64,000 nucleotides of DNA from Eledone cirrhosa (taxonomy: Eukaryota), in assembly GCA_964016885.1 (NCBI GenBank), contig OZ024743.1, positions 361,832,001 to 361,896,000 on the forward strand, read 5' to 3'. The position numbers were made by a program, and so were the translations under genes. This document shows positions 1-14,400 of the stretch, in pieces; the stretch's first letter is position 1, and the number at the start of each line of letters is the position of its first letter. The notes under the pieces are model-generated. The model was not told the origin of the DNA. It did no database searches and was given only the letters and a program-made list of their open reading frames with translations.

Positions 1-1640
1 TACAGCTGACAGAGGAAACAATTGTTATAACTAGTACAGATGACAGTGGAAACAATTGTTATAAATAGTACAGCTGACAGTGGAAACAATTGTTATAACT
101 GGTACAGCACACAGTGGAAACAATTGTTATAACTAGTACAGCTGACAGTGGAAACAATTGTTATAACTAGTACAGCACACAGTGGAAACAATTGTTATAA
201 CTAGTACAGCACACAGTGCAAACAATTGTTATAACTAGTACAGCTCACAGTGCAAATAATTGTTATAACTAGTACAGCTCACAGTGGAAACAATTGTTAT
301 AACTAGTACAGCTGACGGTGGAAACAATTGTTATAACTAGTACAGCACACAGTGGAAACAATTGTTATAACTAGTACAGCACACAGTGCAAACAATTGTT
401 ATAACTAGTACAGCTCACAGTGCAAACAATTGTTATAACTAGTACAGATCACAGTGGAAACAATTGTTATAACTAGTACAGCTGACAGTGGAAACATTTG
501 TTATAACTAGTACAGCTGACAGTGGAAACAATTGTTATAACTAGTACAGCTGACAGTGGAAACAATTGTTATAACTAGTACAGCACACAGTGGAAACAAT
601 TATGATAACTAGTACAGCTGACAGTGGAAACAATTGTTTTAACTAGTACAGCACACAGTGGAAACAATTGTTATAACTAGTACAGCACACAGTGCAAACA
701 ATTGTTATAACTAGTACAGCTCACAGTGCAAACAATTGTTGTAACTAGTACAGCTCACAGTGGAAACAATTGTTATAACTAGTACAGCTGACAGTGGAAA
801 CAATTGTTATAAGTAGTACAGCACACAGTGCAAACAATTTTTATAACTAGTACAGCACACAGTGCAAACAATTGTTATAACTAGCACAGCACACAGTGGA
901 AACAATTGTTATAACTAGTACAGCACACAGTGGAAACAATTGTTATAACTAGTACAGCTCACAGTGGAAACAATTGTTATAACTAGTACAGCTGACAGTG
1001 GAAACAATTGTTATAACTAGTACAGCACACAGTGGAAACAATTGTTATAACTAGTACAGTCTACAGTGCAAACAATTGTTATAACTAGTACAGCTCACAG
1101 TGCAAATAATTGTTATAACTAGTACAGCTCACAGTGGAAACAATTGTTATAACTAGTACAGCTGACAGTGGAAACAATTGTTATAACTAGTACAGCACAC
1201 AGTGGAAATAATTGTTATAACTAGTACAGCACACAGTGCAAACAATTGTTATAACTAGTACAGCTCACAGTGCAAACAATTGTTATAACTAGTACAGATC
1301 ACAGTGGAAACAATTGTTATAACTAGTACCGCTGACAGTGGAAACAATTGTTATAACTAGTACAGCTGACAGTGGAAACAATTGTTATAACTAGTACAGC
1401 TGACAGTGTAAACAATTGTTATAACTAGTACAGCACACATTGGAAACAATTGTTATAACTAGTACAGCTGACAGTGGAAACAATTGTTTTAACTAGTACA
1501 GCACACATTGGAAACAATTGTTATAGCTAGTACAGCACACAGTGCAAACAATTGTTATAACTAGTACAGCTCACAGTGGAAACAATTGTTATAACTAGTA
1601 CAGCTCACAGTGGAAACAATTGTTATAACTAGTACAGCAC
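1..1640 (+). repeat. Higher-order block A, copy 1 (copies at ~7891-9530 and, more diverged, ~55904-57270)
   Basis: Rare variants recur at offset 7890 (232 monomers + 2 bp): GACGGTG at ~314/8204 and TATGATAACT at 601/8491. TACCGCTGAC occurs at 1327, 9217 and 57231. Confidence 0.85.
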
Positions 1641-4600
1641 ACAGTGCAAACAATTTTTATAACTAGTACAGCACACAGTGCAAACAGTTGTTATAACTAG
1701 CACAGCACACAGTGGAAACAATTGTTATAACTAGTACAGCTCACAGTGGAAACAATTGTTATAACTAGTACAGCACACAGTGCAAACAATTGTTATAACT
1801 AGTACAGCTCACAGTGGAAACAATTGTTATAACTAGTACAGCACACAGTGCAAACAATTGTTATAACTAGTACAGCTCACAGTGGAAACAATTGTTATAA
1901 CTAGTACAGTACACAGTGGAAATAATTGTTATAACTAGTACAGCACACAGTGGAAACAATTCTTACAACTAGTAAAGCACACAGTGGAAACAATTGTTAT
2001 AAATAGTACAGCACACAGTGGAAATAATTGTTATAACTAGTACAGCACACAGTGCAAACAATTGTTATAACTGGTACAGCACACAGTGCAAACAATTGTT
2101 ATAACTAGTACAGCTCACAGTGCAAATAATTGTTATAACTAGTACAGCTGACAGTGGAAACAATTGTTATAACTAGTACAGATCACAGTGGAAACAATTG
2201 TTATAACTAGTACAGCACACAGTGCAAACAATTGTTATAACTGGTACAGCTCACAGTGGAAACAATTGTTATAACTAGTACAGCACACAGTGGAAACAAT
2301 TGTTATAACTAGTACAGCTGACAGTGGAAACAATTGTTATAACTAGTACAGCACACAGTGGAAACAATTGTTATAACTAGTACAGCTCACAGTGGAAACA
2401 ATTGTTATAACTAGTACAGCTCACAGTGGAAACAATTGTTATAAGTAGTACCGCACACAGTGGAAATAATTGTTATAACTAGTACAGCTGACAGTGGAAA
2501 CAATTGTTATAACTAGTACAGCTGACAGTGGAAACAATTGTTATAACTAGTACAGCACACAGTGGAAACAATTGTTATAACTAGTACAGCACACAGTGGA
2601 AACAATTGTTATAACTAGTACAGCACACAGTGGAAACAATTGTTATAACTAGTACAGCTGACAGTGGAAACAATTGTTATAACTAGTACAGCTGACAGTG
2701 GAAACAATTGTTATAACTAGTACAGCACACAATGGAAACAATTGTTATAACTAGTACAGCACACAGTGGAAACAATTATTATAACTAGTACAGCTGACAG
2801 TGGAAACAATTGTTTTAACTAGTACAGCACAGAGTGCAAACAATTGTTATAATTAGTACAGCACACAGTGGAAACAATTGTTATAACTAGTACAGCACAC
2901 AGTGGAAAAAATTGTTATAACTAGTACAGCACACAGTGCAAACAATTTTTATGACTAGTACAGCACACAGTGCAAACAATTGTTATAATTAGTACAGCAC
3001 ACAGTGGAAACAATTGTTTTAGCTAGTACAGCTCACAGTGGAAACAATTGTTATAACTAGTACATCACACAGGGGAAACAATTGTTATAATTAGTAAAGC
3101 ACACAGTGGAAACAATTGTTATAACTAGTACAGCACACAGTGGAAACAATTGTTATAACTAGTACAGCACACAGTGGAAACAATTGTTATAACTAGTACA
3201 GCAAACAGTGGAAACAATTGTTATAACTAGTACAGCACACAGTGGAAACAATTGTTATAACTAGTACAGCACACAGTGGAAACAATTGTTATAACTAGTA
3301 CAGCACACAGTGGAAACAATTGTTATAACTAGTACAGCAAACAGTGGAAACAATTGTTATAACTAGTAAAGCACACAGTGGAAACAATTGTTATAACTAG
3401 TACAGCAAACAGTGGAAACAATTGTTATAACTAGCACATCACACAGGGGAAACAATTGTTATAATTAGTAAAGCACACAGTGGAAACAATTGTTATAACT
3501 AGTACAGCACACAGTGGAAACAATTGTTATAACTAGTACAGCACACAGTGGAAACAATTGTTATAACTAGTACAGCACACAGTGGAAACAATTGTTATAG
3601 CTAGTACAGCACACAGTGCAAACAATTGTTATAACTGGTACAGCTCACAGTGGAAACAATTGTTATAACTAGTACAGCACACAGTGGAAACAATTGTTAT
3701 AACTAGTACAGCTGACAGTGGAAACAATTGTCATAACTAGTACAGCACACAGTGGAAACAATTGTTATAACTAGTACAGCACACAGTGGAAACAATTGTT
3801 ATAACTAGTACAGCACACAGTGGAAACAATTGTTATCACTAGTACAGCTCACAGTGGAAACAATTGTTATAACTAGTACAGCTGACAGTGGAAACAATTG
3901 TTATAACTAGTACAGCTGACAGTGGAAACAATTGTTATAACTAGTACAGCACACAGTGGAAACAATTGTTATAACTAGTACAGCTGACAGTGGAAACAAT
4001 TGTTATAACTAGTACAGCACACAGTGGAAACAATTGTTATAACTAGTACAGCTCACAGTGGAAACAATTGTTATAACTAGTACAGCTCACAGTGGAAACA
4101 ATTGTTATAAGTAGTACCGCACACAGTGGAAATAATTGTTATAACTAGTACAGCTGACAGTGGAAACAATTGTTATAACTAGTACAGCTGACAGTGGAAA
4201 CAATTGTTATAACTAGTACAGCACACAGTGGAAACAATTGTTATAACTAGTACAGCACACAGTGGAAACAATTGTTATAACTAGTACAGCACACAGTGGA
4301 AACAATTGTTATAACTAGTACAGCTGACAGTGGAAACAATTGTTATAACTAGTACAGCTGACAGTGGAAACAATTGTTATAAGTAGTACAGCACACAGTG
4401 CAAACAATTTTTATAACTAGTACAGCACACAGTGCAAACAATTGTTATAACTAGCACAGCACACAGTGGAAACAATTGTTATAACTAGTACAGCACACAG
4501 TGGAAACAATTGTTATAACTAGTACAGCTCACAGTGGAAACAATTGTTATAACTAGTACAGCTGACAGTGGAAACAATTGTTATAACTAGTACAGCACAC

Positions 4601-7600
4601 AGTGGAAACAATTGTTATAACTAGTACAGTCTACAGTGCAAACAATTGTTATAACTAGTACAGCTCACAGTGCAAATAATTGTTATAACTAGTACAGCTC
4701 ACAGTGGAAACAATTGTTATAACTAGTACAGCTGACAGTGGAAACAATTGTTATAACTAGTACAGCACACAGTGGAAATAATTGTTATAACTAGTACAGC
4801 ACACAGTGCAAACAATTGTTATAACTAGTACAGCTCACAGTGCAAACAATTGTTATAACTAGTACAGATCACAGTGGAAACAATTGTTATAACTAGTACC
4901 GCTGACAGTGGAAACAATTGTTATAACTAGTACAGCTGACAGTGGAAACAATTGTTATAACTAGTACAGCTGACAGTGGAAACAATTGTTATAACTAGTA
5001 CAGCACACATTGGAAACAATTGTTATAACTAGTACAGCTGACAGTGGAAACAATTGTTTTAACTAGTACAGCACACATTGGAAACAATTGTTATAGCTAG
5101 TACAGCACACAGTGCAAACAATTGTTATAACTAGTACAGCTCACAGTGGAAACAATTGTTATAACTAGTACAGCTCACAGTGGAAACAATTGTTATAACT
5201 AGTACAGCACACAGTGCAAACAATTGTTATAACTAGTACAGCACACAGTGGAAACAATTGTTATAACTAGTACAGCTCACATTGGAAACAATTGTTATAA
5301 CTAGTACAGCTGACAGTGGAAACAATTGTTATAACTAGTACAGCACACAGTGCAAACAATTTTTATAACTAGTACAGCACACAGTGCAAACAGTTGTTAT
5401 AACTAGCACAGCACACAGTGGAAACAATTGTTATAACTAGTACAGCTCACAGTGGAAACAATTGTTATAACTAGTACAGCACACAGTGCAAACAATTGTT
5501 ATAACTAGTACAGCTCACAGTGGAAACAATTGTTATAACTAGTACAGTACACAGTGGAAATAATTGTTATAACTAGTACAGCACACAGTGGAAACAATTC
5601 TTACAACTAGTAAAGCACACAGTGGAAACAATTGTTATAAATAGTACAGCACACAGTGGAAATAATTGTTATAACTAGTACAGCACACAGTGCAAACAAT
5701 TGTTATAACTGGTACAGCACACAGTGCAAACAATTGTTATAACTAGTACAGCTCACAGTGCAAATAATTGTTATAACTAGTACAGCTGACAGTGGAAACA
5801 ATTGTTATAACTAGTACAGATCACAGTGGAAACAATTGTTATAACTAGTACAGCACACAGTGCAAACAATTGTTATAACTGGTACAGCTCACAGTGGAAA
5901 CAATTGTTATAACTAGTACAGCACACAGTGGAAACAATTGTTATAACTAGTACAGCTGACAGTGGAAACAATTGTTATAACTAGTACAGCACACAGTGGA
6001 AACAATTGTTATAACTAGTACAGCTCACAGTGGAAACAATTGTTATAACTAGTACAGCTCACAGTGGAAACAATTGTTATAAGTAGTACCGCACACAGTG
6101 GAAATAATTGTTATAACTAGTACAGCTGACAGTGGAAACAATTGTTATAACTAGTACAGCTGACAGTGGAAACAATTGTTATAACTAGTACAGCACACAG
6201 TGGAAACAATTGTTATAACTAGTACAGCACACAGTGGAAACAATTGTTATAACTAGTACAGCACACAGTGGAAACAATTGTTATAACTAGTACAGCTGAC
6301 AGTGGAAACAATTGTTATAACTAGTACAGCTGACAGTGGAAACAATTGTTATAACTAGTACAGCACACAATGGAAACAAATTGTTATAACTAGTACAGCT
6401 CACAGTGCAAACAATTGTTATAACTAGTACAACACACAGTGGAAACAATTGTTATAACTAGTACAGCTCACAGTGCAAACAATTGTTATAACTAGTACAG
6501 CACACAGTGGAAACAATTGTTATAACTAGTACAGCCACACAGTGGAAACAATTGTTATAACTAGTACAGCACACAGTGCAAACAATTGTTATAACTAGTA
6601 CAGCTCACAGTGCAAACAATTGTTATAACTAGTACAGATCACAGTGGAAACAATTGTTATAACTAGTACAGCTGACAGTGGAAACATTTGTTATAACTAG
6701 TACAGCTGACAGTGGAAACAATTGTTATAACTGGTACAGCTGACAGTGGAAACAATTGTTATAACTAGTACAGCACACAGTGGAAACAATTATTATAACT
6801 AGTACAGCTGACAGTGGAAACAATTGTTTTAACTAGTACAGCACAGAGTGCAAACAATTGTTATAATTAGTACAGCACACAGTGGAAACAATTGTTATAA
6901 CTAGTACAGCACACAGTGGAAAAAATTGTTATAACTAGTACAGCACACAGTGCAAACAATTTTTATGACTAGTACAGCACACAGTGCAAACAATTGTTAT
7001 AATTAGTACAGCACACAGTGGAAACAATTGTTTTAGCTAGTACAGCTCACAGTGGAAACAATTGTTATGACTAGTACAGCTCACAGTGGAAACAATTGTT
7101 ATGACTAGTACAGCTCACAGTGGAAACAATTGTTATAACTAGTACAGCTCACAGTGGAAACAATTGTTATGACTAGTACAGCTCACAGTGGAAACAATTG
7201 TTATAACTAGTACAGCACACAGTGGAAACAATTGTTATAACTAGTACAGCAAACAGTGGAAACAATTGTTATAACTAGCACATCACACAGGGGAAACAAT
7301 TGTTATAATTAGTAAAGCACACAGTGGAAACAATTGTTATAACTAGTACAGCACACAGTGGAAACAATTGTTATAACTAGTACAGCACACAGTGGAAACA
7401 ATTGTTATAACTAGTACAGCACACAGTGGAAACAATTGTTATAGCTAGTACAGCACACAGTGCAAACAATTGTTATAACTGGTACAGCTCACAGTGGAAA
7501 CAATTGTTATAACTAGTACAGCACACAGTGGAAACAATTGTTATAACTAGTACAGCTGACAGTGGAAACAATTGTCATAACTAGTACAGCACACAGTGGA

Positions 7601-7800
7601 AACAATTGTTATAACTAGTACAGCACACAGTGGAAACAATTGTTATAACTAGTACAGCACACAGTGGAAACAATTGTTATCACTAGTACAGCTCACAGTG
7701 GAAACAATTGTTATAACTAGTACAGCTGACAGTGGAAACAATTGTTATAACTAGTACAGCTGACAGTGGAAACAATTGTTATAACTAGTACAGCACACAG
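811..7800 (+). repeat. Imperfect tandem duplication with ~3.6-4.0 kb period (about 105-118 monomers)
   Basis: AAGTAGTACAGCACACAGTGCAAACAATTTT at 811/4381 (offset 3570 = 105 monomers). TCTTACAACTAGTAAAG at 1961/5599 (107 monomers). GTCATA at 3730/7574 (113 monomers + 2 bp). GCACAGAGTGC at ~2827/6841. Confidence 0.75.
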
Positions 7801-7890
7801 TGGAAACAATTGTTATAACTAGTACAGCACACAGTGGAAACAATTGTTATAACTAGTACAGCACACAGTGGAAACAATTGTTATAACTAG

Positions 7891-9530
7891 TACAGCTGAC
7901 AGAGGAAACAATTGTTATAACTAGTACAGATGACAGTGGAAACAATTGTTATAAATAGTACAGCTGACAGTGGAAACAATTGTTATAACTGGTACAGCAC
8001 ACAGTGGAAACAATTGTTATAACTAGTACAGCTGACAGTGGAAACAATTGTTATAACTAGTACAGCACACAGTGGAAACAATTGTTATAACTAGTACAGC
8101 ACACAGTGCAAACAATTGTTATAACTAGTACAGCTCACAGTGCAAATAATTGTTATAACTAGTACAGCTCACAGTGGAAACAATTGTTATAACTAGTACA
8201 GCTGACGGTGGAAACAATTGTTATAACTAGTACAGCACACAGTGGAAACAATTGTTATAACTAGTACAGCACACAGTGCAAACAATTGTTATAACTAGTA
8301 CAGCTCACAGTGCAAACAATTGTTATAACTAGTACAGATCACAGTGGAAACAATTGTTATAACTAGTACAGCTGACAGTGGAAACATTTGTTATAACTAG
8401 TACAGCTGACAGTGGAAACAATTGTTATAACTAGTACAGCTGACAGTGGAAACAATTGTTATAACTAGTACAGCACACAGTGGAAACAATTATGATAACT
8501 AGTACAGCTGACAGTGGAAACAATTGTTTTAACTAGTACAGCACACAGTGGAAACAATTGTTATAACTAGTACAGCACACAGTGCAAACAATTGTTATAA
8601 CTAGTACAGCTCACAGTGCAAACAATTGTTGTAACTAGTACAGCTCACAGTGGAAACAATTGTTATAACTAGTACAGCTGACAGTGGAAACAATTGTTAT
8701 AACTAGTACAGCACACAGTGCAAACAATTTTTATAACTAGTACAGCACACAGTGCAAACAATTGTTATAACTAGCACAGCACACAGTGGAAACAATTGTT
8801 ATAACTAGTACAGCACACAGTGGAAACAATTGTTATAACTAGTACAGCTCACAGTGGAAACAATTGTTATAACTAGTACAGCTGACAGTGGAAACAATTG
8901 TTATAACTAGTACAGCACACAGTGGAAACAATTGTTATAACTAGTACAGTCTACAGTGCAAACAATTGTTATAACTAGTACAGCTCACAGTGCAAATAAT
9001 TGTTATAACTAGTACAGCTCACAGTGGAAACAATTGTTATAACTAGTACAGCTGACAGTGGAAACAATTGTTATAACTAGTACAGCACACAGTGGAAATA
9101 ATTGTTATAACTAGTACAGCACACAGTGCAAACAATTGTTATAACTAGTACAGCTCACAGTGCAAACAATTGTTATAACTAGTACAGATCACAGTGGAAA
9201 CAATTGTTATAACTAGTACCGCTGACAGTGGAAACAATTGTTATAACTAGTACAGCTGACAGTGGAAACAATTGTTATAACTAGTACAGCTGACAGTGGA
9301 AACAATTGTTATAACTAGTACAGCACACATTGGAAACAATTGTTATAACTAGTACAGCTGACAGTGGAAACAATTGTTTTAACTAGTACAGCACACATTG
9401 GAAACAATTGTTATAGCTAGTACAGCACACAGTGCAAACAATTGTTATAACTAGTACAGCTCACAGTGGAAACAATTGTAATAACTAGTACAGCTCACAG
9501 TGGAAACAATTGTTATAACTAGTACAGCAC
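7891..9530 (+). repeat. Higher-order block A, copy 2
   Basis: Same order of variant monomers as 1-1640 with a few substitutions (e.g. AAGTAG at 811 vs AACTAG at 8701). Confidence 0.85.
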
Positions 9531-11439
9531 ACAGTGCAAACAATTGTTATAACTAGTACAGCACACAGTGGAAACAATTGTTATAACTAGTACAGCTCAC
9601 AGTGGAAACAATTGTTATAACTAGTACAGCTGACAGTGGAAACAATTGTTATAAATAGTACAGCACACAGTGGAAATAATTGTTATAACTAGTACAGCAC
9701 ACAGTGCAAACAATTGTTATAACTGGTACAGCACACAGTGCAAACAATTGTTATAACTAGTACAGCTCACAGTGCAAATAATTGTTATAACTAGTACAGC
9801 TCACAGTGGAAACAATTGTTATAACTAGTACAGCTGACAGTGGAAACAATTGTTATAACTAGTACAGCTGACAGTGGAAACAATTGTTATAACTATTACA
9901 TCTGTCAGTGGAAACAATTGTTACAACTAGTACAGCTGACAGTGGAAACAATTGTTATAACTGGTACAGCTGACAGTGGAAACAATTGTTATAACTAGTA
10001 CAGCACACAGTAGAAACAATTGTTATAACTAGTACAGCTGACAGTGGAAACAATTGTTTTAACTAGTACAGCACACAGTGGAAACAATTGTTATAACTAG
10101 TACAGCACACAGTGGAAACAATTGTTATAACTAGTACAGCTCACAGTGCAAACAATTGTTATAACTAGTACAGCACACAGTGGAAACAATTGTTATAACT
10201 AGTACAGCAAAACAGTGGAAACAATTGGTATAACTAGTACAGCACACATGGGAAACAATTGTTATAACTAGTACAGCACACAGTGGAAACAATTGTTACA
10301 ACTAGTAAAGCACACAGTGGAAACAATTGTTATAACTAGTACAGCACATAGTGGAAACAATTGTTATAACTAGTACAGATCACAGTGGAAACAATTGTTA
10401 TAACAAGTACAGCACACAGTGCAAACAATTGTTATAACTGGTACAGCTCACAGTGGAAACAATTGTTATAACTAGTACAGCACACAGTGGAAACAATTGT
10501 TATAACTAGTACAGCTGACAGTGGAAACAATTGTTATAACTAGTACAGCTCACAGTGGAAACAATTGTTATAAGTAGTACCGCACACAGTGGAAACAATT
10601 GTTATAACTAGTACAGCTCACAGTGGAAACAATTGTTATAACTAGTACAGCACACAGTGGAAACAATTGTTATAACTAGTACAGCACACAGTGGAAACAA
10701 TTGTTATAACTAGTACAGCACACAGTGGAAACAATTGTTATAACTAGTACAGCAAAACAGTGGAAACAATTGTTATAACTAGTACAGCACACAGGGGAAA
10801 CAATTGTTATAACTAGTACAGCACACAGTGGAAACAATTGTTACAACTAGTAAAGCACACAGTGGAAACAATTGTTATAACTAGTACAGCACATAGTGGA
10901 AACAATTGTTATAACTAGTACAGATCACAGTGGAAACAATTGTTATAACTAGTACAGCACACAGTGCAAACAATTGTTATAACTGGTACAGCTCACAGTG
11001 GAAACAATTGTTATAACTAGTACAGCACACAGTGGAAACAATTGTTATAACTAGTACAGCTGACAGTGGAAACAATTGTTATAACTAGTACAGCACACAG
11101 TGGAAACAATTGTTATAACTAGTACAGCTGACAGTGGAAACAATTGTTATAACTAGTACAGCTCACAGTGGAAACAATTGTTATAAGTAGTACCGCACAG
11201 AGTGGAAACAATTGTTATAACTAGTACAGCTCACAGTGGAAACACTTGTTATAACTAGTACAGCACACAGTGGAAACAATTGTTATAACTAGTACAGCAC
11301 ACAGTGGAAACAATTGTTATAACTAGTACAGCACACAGTGGAAACAATTGTTATAACTAGTATAGCACACAGTGGAAACAATTGTTATAACTAGTACAGC
11401 TCACAGTGGAAACAATTGTTATAACTAGTACAGCTGACA

Positions 11440-14400
11440 GTGGAAACAATTGTTATAACTAGTACAGCTCACGTTGGAAACAATTGTTATAATTAGTACA
11501 GCACACAGTGGAAACAATTGTTATAACTAGTACAGCTCACAGTGGAAACAATTGTTATAACTAGTACAGCACACAGTGGAAACAATTGTTATAACTAGTA
11601 CAGCACACAGTGGAAACAATTGTTATAACTAGTACAGCTCACGTTGGAAACAATTGTTATAATTAGTACAGCACACAATGGAAACAATTGTTATAACTAG
11701 TACAGCTGACAGTGGAAACAATTGTTATAACTAGTACAGCTGACAGTGGAAACAATTGTTATAACTAGTACAGCACACAATGGAAACAAATTGTTATAAC
11801 TAGTACAGCTCACAGTGCAAACAATTGTTATAACTAGTACAGCACACAGTGGAAACAATAGTTATAACTAGTACAGCTCACAGTGCAAACAATTGTTATA
11901 ACTAGTACAGCACACAGTGGAAACAATTGTTATAACTAGTACAGCACACAGTGCAAACAATTGTTATAATTAGTACAGCACACAGTGGAAACAATTGTTA
12001 TAACTAGTACAGCACACAGTGGAAACAATTGTTATAACTAGTACAGCACACAGTGCAGACAATTTTTATGACTAGTACAGCACACAGTGCAAACAATTGT
12101 TTTAATTAGTACAGCACACAGTGGAAACAATTTTTATGACTAGTACAGCACACAGTGCAAACAATTGTTATAATTAGTACAGCACACAGTGGAAACAATT
12201 GTTTTAACTAGTACAGCACACAGGGGAAACAATTGTTATAACTAGTACAGCACACAGTGGAAACAATTGTTACAACTAGTAAAGCACACAGTGGAAACAA
12301 TTGTTATAACTAGTACAGCACATAGTGGAAACAATTGTTATAACTAGTACAGATCACAGTGGAAACAATTGTTATAACTAGTACAGCACACAGTGCAAAC
12401 AATTGTTATAACTGGTACAGCTCACAGTGGAAACAATTGTTATAACTAGTACAGCACACAGTGGAAACAATTGTTATAACTAGTACAGCTGACAGTGGAA
12501 ACAATTGTTATAACTAGTACAGCACACAGTGGAAACAATTGTTATAACTAGTACAGCTGACAGTGGAAACAATTGTTATAACTAGTACAGCTCACAGTGG
12601 AAACAATTGTTATAAGTAGTACCGCACACAGTGGAAACAATTGTTATAACTAGTACAGCTCACAGTGGAAACAATTGTTATAACTAGTACAGCACACAGT
12701 GGAAACAATTGTTATAACTAGTACAGCACACAGTGGAAACAATTGTTATAACTAGTACAGCACACAGTGGAAACAATTGTTATAACTAGTACAGCACACA
12801 GTGGAAACAATTGTTATAACTAGTACAGCTCACAGTGGAAACAATTGTTATAACTAGTACAGCTGACAGTGGAAACAATTGTTATAACTAGTACAGCTCA
12901 CGTTGGAAACAATTGTTATAATTAGTACAGCACACAGTGGAAACAATTGTTATAACTAGTACAGCTCACAGTGGAAACAATTGTTATAACTAGTACAGCA
13001 CACAGTGGAAACAATTGTTATAACTAGTACAGCACACAGTGGAAACAATTGTTATAACTAGTACAGCTCACGTTGGAAACAATTGTTATAATTAGTACAG
13101 CACACAATGGAAACAATTGTTATAACTAGTACAGCTGACAGTGGAAACAATTGTTATAACTAGTACAGCTGACAGTGGAAACAATTGTTATAACTAGTAC
13201 AGCACACAATGGAAACAAATTGTTATAACTAGTACAGCTCACAGTGCAAACAATTGTTATAACTAGTACAGCACACAGTGGAAACAATTGTTATAACTAG
13301 TACAGCTCACAGTGCAAACAATTGTTATAACTAGTACAGCACACAGTGGAAACAATTGTTATAACTAGTACAGCTCACGTTGGAAACAATTGTTATAATT
13401 AGTACAGCACACAGTGGAAACAATTGTTATAACTAGTACAGCTCACAGTGGAAACAATTGTTATAACTAGTACAGCACACAGTGGAAACAATTGTTATAA
13501 CTAGTACAGCACACAGTGGAAACAATTGTTATAACTAGTACAGCTCACGTTGGAAACAATTGTTATAATTAGTACAGCACACAATGGAAACAATTGTTAT
13601 AACTAGTACAGCTGACAGTGGAAACAATTGTTATAACTAGTAGAGCTGACAGTGGAAACAATTGTTATAACTAGTACAGCACACAATGGAAACAAATTGT
13701 TATAACTAGTACAGCTCACAGTGCAAACAATTGTTATAACTAGTACAGCACACAGTGGAAACAATAGTTATAACTAGTACAGCTCACAGTGCAAACAATT
13801 GTTATAACTAGTACAGCACACAGTGGAAACAATTGTTATAACTAGTACAGCACACAGTGCAAACAATTGTTATAATTAGTACAGCACACAGTGGAAACAA
13901 TTGTTATAACTAGTACAGCACACAGTGGAAACAATTGTTATAACTAGTACAGCACACAGTGCAAACAATTTTTATGACTAGTACAGCACACAGTGCAAAC
14001 AATTGTTTTAATTAGTACAGCACACAGTGGAAACAATTTTTATGACTAGTACAGCACACAGTGCAAACAATTGTTATAATTAGTACAGCACACAGTGGAA
14101 ACAATTGTTTTAACTAGTACAGCACACAGGGGAAACAATTGTCATAACTAGTACAGCACACAGTGGAAACAATTGTTACAACTAGTAAAGCACACAGTGG
14201 AAACAATTGTTATAACTAGTACAGCACATAGTGGAAACAATTGTTATAACTAGTACAGATCACAGTGGAAACAATTGTTATAACTAGTACAGCACACAGT
14301 GCAAACAATTGTTATAACTGGTACAGCTCACAGTGGAAACAATTGTTATAACTAGTACAGCACACAGTGGAAACAATTGTTATAACTAGTACAGCTGACA

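Noticed and set aside
22-31. Bacterial -10 box or TATA-like promoter (TGTTATAAC/TATAAT)
   Set aside because: It is a by-product of the AT-rich palindrome repeated in every monomer, with no downstream gene or other promoter context.
1-34. Monomer as a dimer of 17-bp subunits, tRNA-derived unit or CENP-B box
   Set aside because: The two halves do not align beyond short ACA(G/A) motifs. There is no cloverleaf or A/B box, and no TTCG....A..CGGG motif.
19-42. Synthetic polylinker or concatemer (MfeI CAATTG, PsiI TTATAA, SpeI ACTAGT, RsaI GTAC, PvuII CAGCTG), or rolling-circle sequencing artefact
   Set aside because: Rare variants are inherited in ordered blocks across nested duplications, which indicates natural evolution, not random read error on one template or a designed construct.
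163-198. Resemblance to loxP (34 bp): ATAACT-AGTACA GCACACAG ...GTTAT versus ATAACTTCGTATA GCATACAT TATACGAAGTTAT
   Set aside because: The left arm and spacer look similar, but the right arm does not match and there are no 13-bp inverted arms. The ATAAC/GTTAT ends merely reflect the GTTATAAC palindrome. No recombinase gene is present, so this is treated as coincidence.
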